Below are positions 1 to 6,593 of a stretch of DNA of 18,893 nt, one piece after another. The stretch comes from Candidatus Acetothermia bacterium. Lineage in GTDB: Bacteria; Bipolaricaulota; Bipolaricaulia; M55B111. The stretch lies in assembly GCA_046543235.1 (NCBI GenBank), contig JBKGZT010000025.1:1-18893 (forward strand). Reading direction: 5' to 3'. Both the position numbers and the translations under genes were made by a program. Under the pieces are notes generated by a model. That model was not told the origin of the DNA. It searched no databases and saw only the letters and a program-made list of their open reading frames with translations. Numbering within the stretch: position 1 is the first letter of the stretch; each line of letters begins with the position of its first letter.

Positions 1-83
1 ACAGTTGAAATTGGGAGCCCTTTTAGGGATGCTGGGTCTTTTTTTGTAAAAGAACAAGGTCTGCCGTTAAAGCTGTTTTTCTA

Positions 84-115
84 CAAGCCCCGTCCCTTGG
101 GGCGGGGTTCTTGAC
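84..115 (+). mobile_element. Putative IS200/IS605-family right end (subterminal hairpin); the element would extend left out of the window
   Basis: CAAGCCCCGTCCCTTGGGGCGGGGTTCTTGAC is a GC-rich imperfect hairpin (CCCCGTCC / GGGCGGGG) ending in TTGAC. It resembles the AAGCCCCG..CGGGG..TTGAC ends of tnpB/iscB elements. No transposase or nuclease gene is in the window. Confidence 0.65.
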
Positions 116-195
116 ACAGTTGCTTCTACACTATCTCGAAAACCCCGGCTATCGTCTATTTTAAAAACTTCCCTGCCCTAAGGTTTCTTGAGATC

Positions 196-248
196 CAATT
201 TTTAACGCCAAAAATCATATGGTGATTTATGATGGCGTAAGAATTGAG
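196..248. repeat. Imperfect palindrome; diverged member of the intergenic repeat family
   Basis: CAATTTTTAACGCCA (196-210) pairs with TGGCGTAAGAATTG (233-246), with inner stem AAATCAT/GTGATTT. Positions 231-248 (GATGGCGTAAGAATTGAG) match 14121-14138 (GATGGTGAAAGAACTGAG) at 15/18. Confidence 0.5.
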
Positions 249-338
249 CGGTATTGATTGCTTTCGGGTGCAAAAGCTTTGAGTATAAGTAACGTAGCTG
301 TTGCCCAAATAGCGAGGCCTGTAAACACCAGGAATTAA

Positions 339-364
339 CGGTCTAAGAGTAGAGGATTGGACCG
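339..364 (-). terminator. Hairpin just downstream of ychF, possible weak terminator
   Basis: CGGTCTAA (339-346) / TTGGACCG (357-364) inverted repeat 6 nt after the stop codon. Only a short AT run follows on the minus strand. Confidence 0.3.
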
Positions 365-370
365 ACCTAC

Positions 371-1438
371 CTACTTTGAAGTCTCGAAGTGTATCACGTC
401 GCCGTCCCGAACTTCGTAGTCCTCTCCACGCCGCTTCAGAAGACCGTCGTCTTTGGCGCCTTTTACGTCGCCGTGTGATAGCAACTCGTCGATAGGGACG
501 ACTTCCGAATGGATAAAGCCCTCGGCGAAGTCGGTGTGTACCTTGGCGGCCGCCTCCAGCGCGGTGGACCCCTCCTCGATCGTCCAGGCTCTGACTTCCG
601 GACCGTCCGTCGTATAGAAAGTAACGAGGTCCAGCAGGTCGTAACCAGTTCTGACCAGCCTATCAAGTGCGGATTCCTCCAGCCCCCACTCCTCCAGGTA
701 CTCGTTCATCTCTTCCCTGTCCAGATCGAGGCCCCTGACCTCGGCCTCGATTTCCCCGTTGATTTCAAGGATTTCGGCGCCGTCCTCGTTTGCCTTTTCC
801 TTTACGGCTTTCACGCATTCTTCGGGAGAATCCTCGCTGGCGTTGGCCACGTAAAGCACCGGCTTTGCCGTCAGCGGGGATAGTCCTTTGAGTTCTTCCT
901 TTTCGTGGGGGCTGAACTCGTGATCCCTGATGGGCACCCCGGTTTCCAGGTCGCTTTTTAGCTCTTCGTACATTTCTTCGAGCTGGGTTTCTCCTTGCTC
1001 CAGGCTTCCCAATCTTTTCTCCACGGTCTCGAGGTCCTTGAGAAGAAGTTCTGCTTCGATCGTTTCGATTCTCTCGATCGGGTCACCTTTGACTTCACTC
1101 GGTACGTCGGAATTCTGAAAGCACCTGACCACGTGAACCAGAGCGTCGACGCCCCGAATCTCGGCGAGAAACTGGTTCCCCAGGCCCTCTCCATGATGGG
1201 CCCCCTTTACGAGCCCCGCGAGGTCGTAAAATTCTATGTCCGTATATACTTTTTCCTTCCCTGGAAAGAGTTCTGCCAGGCGGTCGAGCTTCTCGTCGGG
1301 TACCTTAACCGTCCCGACCTGGGCTTCCGTGGTGCAGAACGGATAAGCCTCGACGTCCGCACCTGCAGCTGACAGGGCATTGAATAATGTCGACTTACCT
1401 ACGTTGGGTAGACCGAGAAAACCACAGCTAAAACCCAT
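371..1438 (-). CDS. ychF: Obg-family ribosome-binding ATPase YchF
   Basis: GLPNVGKSTLFNAL, YPFCT, DLAGLVKGA..GEGLGNQFL, NxxE-type G4 (ANASE), C-terminal TGS domain (EVRAWT, HTDFAEGFI, YEVRDGDVIHF). SD GGAGGTG upstream. Confidence 0.96.
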   Translation of the reverse strand: MGFSCGFLGLPNVGKSTLFNALSAAGADVEAYPFCTTEAQVGTVKVPDEKLDRLAELFPGKEKVYTDIEFYDLAGLVKGAHHGEGLGNQFLAEIRGVDALVHVVRCFQNSDVPSEVKGDPIERIETIEAELLLKDLETVEKRLGSLEQGETQLEEMYEELKSDLETGVPIRDHEFSPHEKEELKGLSPLTAKPVLYVANASEDSPEECVKAVKEKANEDGAEILEINGEIEAEVRGLDLDREEMNEYLEEWGLEESALDRLVRTGYDLLDLVTFYTTDGPEVRAWTIEEGSTALEAAAKVHTDFAEGFIHSEVVPIDELLSHGDVKGAKDDGLLKRRGEDYEVRDGDVIHFETSK

Positions 1439-1491
1439 TTTGTCACCTCCGAGAATCCGGCAATACCATTTGGGATTAGTCCAAGGAAACC

Positions 1492-2247
1492 CTATAGAGT
1501 TTCAAGCATTACATCGTCTCCGGAAACTACTTTCCTGTTAACGACCGCCACTTTCCTGCTCGTCCCGTAAGCTGACGAGGTGAATATGGTAATGCAACGC
1601 CCGTTCAGGGTCCTAGTCGGGACGTTCGGCTGGTGGGACCTGATCAGAACTTCTTTTTCCAGATGTTCCATGGCCTGGTTAAAGTAATCGGAGCCCAGCT
1701 GTGGCCGTCCAAACCCGCCGCCGAGGATGTAACCCGGAACCTCGTTCCAGTCTCCCCAGGTAATCTTCTCCCAGTTCGAGTCGCCCCCCTCGATTTGTCG
1801 TATCTCCTCCAGGCTCTGGACGTCCGGCAAACCACCGTGAGCTGCCACGAGGTCTCGCCAGGAAAAGACTAGAGGCAGTTTCGCGAGCAAGGTCTCGTAC
1901 TTTTCCCTCTTCCCCGGGGTAAGAGAGCTCCAGAAATCGACCGGGCCAAATTCCCTGTACATCATACCTTCGTGGTTTCCCTGCAGCAGGTAGATCCCTT
2001 TCGGGTTCTTCGTCTTCTGTTTTAGAAGAAAGTTTAAGTTCTCTTCGGATTTCGGACCTCTGTCCACGTAATCGCCGAGGAAGACTATCGTCGTATCCGA
2101 ATCCTGATAGCGGTCGAACACGGTTCGGGAGGCCTGGAGGTCGCCGTGGGTGTCGCCGACGAAAACCAGCCTATCGGGATCCTCCGCCGTCACCAGGTTT
2201 CCTTCCGACTCAAATACCTCCTCTAGTTCTTCGAAGTTCGTTTCCAT
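1492..2247 (-). CDS. PPP-family Ser/Thr protein phosphatase-like metallophosphoesterase
   Basis: GDTHG, GDYVDRG, GNHE, HGG, W-G-D, RSHQ and TIFTSSAY motifs. Start moved to ATG 2247 (METNFEE), supported by the promoter directly upstream. Confidence 0.88.
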   Translation of the reverse strand: METNFEELEEVFESEGNLVTAEDPDRLVFVGDTHGDLQASRTVFDRYQDSDTTIVFLGDYVDRGPKSEENLNFLLKQKTKNPKGIYLLQGNHEGMMYREFGPVDFWSSLTPGKREKYETLLAKLPLVFSWRDLVAAHGGLPDVQSLEEIRQIEGGDSNWEKITWGDWNEVPGYILGGGFGRPQLGSDYFNQAMEHLEKEVLIRSHQPNVPTRTLNGRCITIFTSSAYGTSRKVAVVNRKVVSGDDVMLETL

Positions 2248-2255
2248 AACAAAGA

Positions 2256-2284
2256 ATTTTAGTCCAGCTGACGGTTCAGTACAA
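2256..2284 (-). promoter_or_regulatory. Sigma70-like promoter for the phosphatase (and probably ychF), leaderless-type
   Basis: Minus strand reads TTGTAC (2284-2279), 17 nt, TAAAAT (2261-2256), 8 nt, ATG. No SD. Confidence 0.65.
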
Positions 2285-2355
2285 ATATTTGGGCTTCGGT
2301 TATCTGCTGAGTCCGAACCTATCAAGTCGAGTCCACGGAAAGATGGCCGGTGCTT

Positions 2356-3228
2356 TTATCTTTTCACGGCGGAGCGCGAGAGTCGGGGATCAAGAAGGTC
2401 CCGCAAACCGTCGCCGACGAGGTTAAATCCCAGGACCGTCAGAACTATCGAGAGACCGGGAAATATCGCCGGCCAGGGGGACAGACCCATGAATGTCTGT
2501 GCCTGTTTGAGCATCAATCCCCAGGAGGGATGCGGAGGCTGGATTCCCAGCCCCAGGTAACTGAGAGCAGCTTCGGCCAGTATTGCCAGTGCAAACTGGG
2601 TGGTGGCCTGAACGAGGATCGGCGAACTGATGTTGGGCAGGATATGCCGAGTCACCACTGTAAGTTCTGATCGACCAGTCGCTCTTGCGGCCTCTACGAA
2701 GTTGGACTCTTTTGTGGAGAGGAAGTTACCCCGGGAGATCCGGGCGAAGATCGGTACGTTAAACAGGCCAATGGCGATCATCGAATTGATCAAGCCGGGA
2801 CCGAAGAGCGACGTAATTAAAACCGCCGTGATTACCGGAGGAAAGCCGTAGAGCACGTCCATGGCCCGCATCAGGGTGGAGTCTATCCCTCCACCCGTGT
2901 AAGCGGAAAGGGAGCCGACAGGGACTCCGAGACCGATTCCCAGGAAAACCGCGAGTAACCCCACGTAGAGGCTATTTCTGGAGCCCGCGATAACCCGACT
3001 AAATACGTCCCTGCCGTACTGATCTGTGCCGAACCAATGGGAGGAGGACGGAGGCAACAGTCTGTCCCCGATATTCATTCGGGAAGGCACGTAAGGGGTG
3101 GCGATAAAACTCATGATCGTGGCAACCAGGACGAGTCCGATTAGCAGGCCACCCAAGATCAAATGAGGAGAGGCCCATTTCCTAGAGTACTTTCGGGGTG
3201 ATTCGCCTTCCACTTCTTTTACCTCCAC
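2356..3228 (-). CDS. Peptide/nickel ABC transporter permease, DppC/OppC-like
   Basis: HWFGTDQYGRDVFSRV, EAA loop (FVEAARATG), HILPN, EAALSYLGLG..P.PSWG, NLVGDGLRDLLDPR. Confidence 0.93.
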   Translation of the reverse strand: MEVKEVEGESPRKYSRKWASPHLILGGLLIGLVLVATIMSFIATPYVPSRMNIGDRLLPPSSSHWFGTDQYGRDVFSRVIAGSRNSLYVGLLAVFLGIGLGVPVGSLSAYTGGGIDSTLMRAMDVLYGFPPVITAVLITSLFGPGLINSMIAIGLFNVPIFARISRGNFLSTKESNFVEAARATGRSELTVVTRHILPNISSPILVQATTQFALAILAEAALSYLGLGIQPPHPSWGLMLKQAQTFMGLSPWPAIFPGLSIVLTVLGFNLVGDGLRDLLDPRLSRSAVKR

Positions 3229-3238
3229 GGATCGCCGT

Positions 3239-4183
3239 TCATGACAATCGGATCCTCGGATCCAGCCAGCTATAGCCCAAATCGACGAGGAAATTGATGA
3301 GTATTATTCCTCCGACCAGTAGAGTGACTATTCCCTGGACCAGCGGGAGGTCGCGCTGCTGAACGGCGAGGATCAGCAATCGGCCGAGTCCGGGCAGGTG
3401 GAAGACCATTTCGACCACGACCGCTCCCGCCAGCAGCTGTCCGAACTGTAGACCGATCAAAGTAAGGACTGAAATCACGGAATTTCGCAGAACGTGTTTG
3501 TAAAGGACCCTGCTTTCCCTCAAGCCCTTTCCCCGGGCGGTCGAAACGAAATCGCTGGAGAGGATGTCCAGGGTTGCTGATCGGGTCATTCTGATCAGAG
3601 CGGCCGACTGAATTAGGGCAAGCGTAGAAACCGGGAGGATGAGGGATTTGAATGCCCCGATCGGATCCGCCGTCCAGCCAGGAAAACCGCCGGATGGTAA
3701 AAGGTTTAGCTCGACCGAAAAAGCCAGAAGGGCGAGCATGCCCAGCCAGAACGAAGGTATCGATAACCCTATCTGTGAGAAGGTTATAACGCCGAAATCA
3801 CCGATTCCACGGTGGTGAGTGGCGGCAAACGTTCCCAGCGGTATGGCGACGACCGTCGATAACAGGATTGCCAGAAACGCCAGCGGCAGGGTTACCCCCA
3901 GACGGGCGCGGATAAGGTCGCCGACTCCTTTTTCGTAAAAAACGGAGTTTCCGAGGTTACCGGTTAACAAACCGGCAAGCCAGTTCCCGTACTGGACGTG
4001 GAGAGGCCTGTTCAATCCGAGTTGCTCGCGTAAGGAGGTCAGTTCCGCCGGTTTCGCGTTGACTCCAAGTATGACCTGTGCCGGGTCGCCCGGTAGGACT
4101 TTTACCACGAGAAAGACTACAAGGGAGACCACCAGAAGGGTAGCAACGAGCTCGAGCAATTTCCTGGTTAGGTAACCTACCAT
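3239..4183 (-). CDS. Peptide/nickel ABC transporter permease, DppB/OppB-like
   Basis: PGDPA, LGLNRPLHVQY, PSFWLG, TARGKGL, KHVLRN, RDLPLVQG, LDPRIR. Confidence 0.93.
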   Translation of the reverse strand: MVGYLTRKLLELVATLLVVSLVVFLVVKVLPGDPAQVILGVNAKPAELTSLREQLGLNRPLHVQYGNWLAGLLTGNLGNSVFYEKGVGDLIRARLGVTLPLAFLAILLSTVVAIPLGTFAATHHRGIGDFGVITFSQIGLSIPSFWLGMLALLAFSVELNLLPSGGFPGWTADPIGAFKSLILPVSTLALIQSAALIRMTRSATLDILSSDFVSTARGKGLRESRVLYKHVLRNSVISVLTLIGLQFGQLLAGAVVVEMVFHLPGLGRLLILAVQQRDLPLVQGIVTLLVGGIILINFLVDLGYSWLDPRIRLS

Positions 4184-4204
4184 TGTACCGAAATCCCGGG
4201 TGGT

Positions 4205-5716
4205 TTATTTCTCTTTCCAGACTCTCGTTACGTCTACTACGGGGAGCGGGTAGTCCTCCCACCAGTTTCGAACTTCGTTTTTCATCGCCGGAAGGCTGGG
4301 CGCAGAGAAGAGGAAAGCGGAAGCCGCGTCCTCGGCAATTATCCATTGGGCGATTCCGTAAAGGCCTCTGCGGGTTTCCTCGTCGGTTTCCCCTTCTGCC
4401 CGTCGAATGACCTCCCGGAACCTCTCGCTATCGTAACGGAAGTAATAGCTGGTGTCCGCGTAGATTGAGATATCGAAGGCTTCGGCGTGTCCGATGACGG
4501 TGAGATCGTACCGGGCGCTGGAAAACACCCTCTCGAGCCACTGGGCCCAGCTGATCTTTTCTATTTCCAGCTCAATGCCCGTTCGTTTAAGTTGGTCGGC
4601 AATTATCTTGCCGGCCCTGAGGGAGTAGTCGTAAGTAGCGGGCAGGGTCAGCTTAGCCTGGAAACCTTCCGGATACCCGGCCCGTTCCAAAAGTTCTTTC
4701 GCCTTTTCCGGATCGTGAGGGTAAAGCCAGGATAGGTCCACGTAGTTGGGGTTGGAGGGGGACATTAAGCTTCCTATCGGTTTGCCGAAGCCGAAGGTGG
4801 CGCCCTCGATTATTTCTTCCTGGTCGATCGCGTAGTTGATCGCTTTTCTCACGAGCGGGTCGGAAAAGGGTTCGCGTGAGTTATTCATCGACATCACGAC
4901 CTCCCAGGTGGTAACCCCCTCCAAAACCTTTAAGGATTGGTCCTCCTTTATTGACAGTGCGTGTTCCGGGCTGCTCAGGTAGGCGATGGCGTCGATTCCC
5001 CCGCTTCTCAAACCCGAAATTCTGGTTCCCGGATCCCCGATAAACTCGAAGGCCACCTCTTCCAGGTAGGGGAGGCTTTCCTCGTAGTAGTCCTCGAACC
5101 TCTTCAAGGTGACGCTGTCTCCCCGCTTCCATTCGTCGAATTCGAAGGGGCCGGTCCCAACCGGTACGGTTGATGGTTTGCTTATCCCTTCCGGCAGGAT
5201 AACCGAGTCCCCCCTGGCGAGGTCAAACAGAAAGGAGGAGCTGGGGCGAGAAAGCCTGATCTCGACGGTTAGTCGATCAGTTGCTTTTACTTCCTCGATC
5301 GGGTCGAAGTACTCCGGGTTAGGAACCGTGGTCTCCTCTCCTCGAGCCCTATTCAGGGTAAATACGACGTCCGCGGAGCTAAATTTCTCTCCGTTATGAA
5401 AAAGTACGTCCTCCCTCAGGTGGAATCTGTAAAGCTTTCCTCCTTCAAGAATTTCCCAGTCCCTGGCGAGAGAAGGGACGATCTCTCCTTTCCTGTTGAT
5501 CCTGACCAGGCCCTGGTAAACGTTGTTGTAGAGTACCCGGTCTATTACTGCAGCCGTATTGGTTGTCGGGTCAAGCCCCGGCGGTTCTGTCGGGAGAGCG
5601 ACGGTTAGTTTTCCTCCTCTCGTCGGTTCTTCCGTTTCGGCTGAGAGATTTAAGGGAATTAGCGAGAATAGAAGGATCAACAGAATGGCAGTTGCCCTGC
5701 GGTTTGGAAAGTTCAT
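4205..5716 (-). CDS. ABC transporter substrate-binding protein, family 5 (peptide/nickel/opine)
   Basis: N-terminal signal peptide, LDP, PSLARDW, FHLREDVLFHNG, PVGTGPF, VRKAINYAID, HDPEKAKELLERAG. SD GGGAGG. Confidence 0.92.
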   Translation of the reverse strand: MNFPNRRATAILLILLFSLIPLNLSAETEEPTRGGKLTVALPTEPPGLDPTTNTAAVIDRVLYNNVYQGLVRINRKGEIVPSLARDWEILEGGKLYRFHLREDVLFHNGEKFSSADVVFTLNRARGEETTVPNPEYFDPIEEVKATDRLTVEIRLSRPSSSFLFDLARGDSVILPEGISKPSTVPVGTGPFEFDEWKRGDSVTLKRFEDYYEESLPYLEEVAFEFIGDPGTRISGLRSGGIDAIAYLSSPEHALSIKEDQSLKVLEGVTTWEVVMSMNNSREPFSDPLVRKAINYAIDQEEIIEGATFGFGKPIGSLMSPSNPNYVDLSWLYPHDPEKAKELLERAGYPEGFQAKLTLPATYDYSLRAGKIIADQLKRTGIELEIEKISWAQWLERVFSSARYDLTVIGHAEAFDISIYADTSYYFRYDSERFREVIRRAEGETDEETRRGLYGIAQWIIAEDAASAFLFSAPSLPAMKNEVRNWWEDYPLPVVDVTRVWKEK

Positions 5717-5788
5717 GGTTACCTCCCGGTCGTTGAAATGGGTCTGAGCATATTAACGCCGCTGGATTGAACACCCCGGAACATGGAA

Positions 5789-6577
5789 CTATCTACGGCT
5801 CAACCCGGGCGGGTTCTGTCTCTTGTGTTCCGTCCCCTTTACCAGGTTATATGCGCGTTCAACCAGCTTTGAGTCCAGGTTCAACCCCTCCTTGGCTTCC
5901 TCGGTCGTAAGAGAGAGTTCGTGTTTACAGAACAGCGCCTTGTCTAAGTCCTCGTAACTGCCCCCGAGTTCCTCTTCGTCCGTCTGACCGTCCCAGAGAC
6001 CTGCGGACGGTGGCTTTTCGATTACCTCCTTGGGTAGCTCAAGGTAGCGGGCAAGCTGATTTACTTCGGTTTTGAAGAGGTGAAGTATTGGTGTGATGTC
6101 CGCGGCCCCGTCGCCGTATTTGGTGAAGTACCCGAGTAGCCATTCCGACAGGTTACCGGTACCGACAACTACACCGTTCTTTTCGTTGGCAATAGCGTAA
6201 AGAAGCATCATCCGGACTCTGGCCTTTACGTTGGCTTCTGTAAGGTCGGAGAGGTCGGGAAACTCTCGGCTGAAGACGGAGACGTAGTCATCTATTCCGA
6301 TAGTCCTAACCTCCAGGTTGAACCGGGAGGTCAGCTTTTCCACGTCTCGTTCGTCCTCCTCGGGTGTCGTCCTCTCCGGCATAAAAACCGGCTCGAGTTG
6401 ATCCGTCGATAGAGCTTTTTGTGTCAAGACGGCCGTTAGGCTTGAATCTATACCACCGGATAAGCCGATTACCGCGGTCTCGAAACCGATCTTATCGCGT
6501 TGATCCCTGATAAAACTCGTAATTTTGTCTACTTCTTTTCGAGGGTTTTCCAGCTCGATTTTAATCTCATCCCGCAT
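5789..6577 (-). CDS. nadE: NH3-dependent NAD+ synthetase (no glutaminase domain)
   Basis: GLSGGIDS, NVKARVRM, GTGNLSE, GYFTKYGDG, KPPSAGLWDGQTDEEELG, EHKR; 262 aa. SD GGAGG. Confidence 0.95.
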   Translation of the reverse strand: MRDEIKIELENPRKEVDKITSFIRDQRDKIGFETAVIGLSGGIDSSLTAVLTQKALSTDQLEPVFMPERTTPEEDERDVEKLTSRFNLEVRTIGIDDYVSVFSREFPDLSDLTEANVKARVRMMLLYAIANEKNGVVVGTGNLSEWLLGYFTKYGDGAADITPILHLFKTEVNQLARYLELPKEVIEKPPSAGLWDGQTDEEELGGSYEDLDKALFCKHELSLTTEEAKEGLNLDSKLVERAYNLVKGTEHKRQNPPGLSRR

Positions 6578-6593
6578 TTGTCTTCCTCCTCCT

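Noticed and set aside
1-122. ACAGTTG direct repeat at 1-7 and 116-122 as a target-site duplication
   Set aside because: Only 7 nt, one copy is at the arbitrary window edge, and IS200/IS605 elements do not make TSDs.
255-310. GCAAAAGC...GTTGCC resembling a c-di-GMP-I riboswitch
   Set aside because: It lacks the GGCAAA P1/P2 start and GNRA-capped stem, and there is no plus-strand gene downstream.
2313-2323. CCGAACCTATC shared with 8900-8910, both downstream of minus-strand stops
   Set aside because: One 11-nt match among the intergenic regions is plausible by chance, and no shared structure is evident.
2248-2325. N-terminal extensions in the ORF track (phosphatase 2325, tilS 11649, hydrolase 14160, recF 15121)
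   Set aside because: These non-ATG starts run through promoter-like sequence or the upstream gene. Downstream ATGs fit the family N-termini and promoter spacing better.
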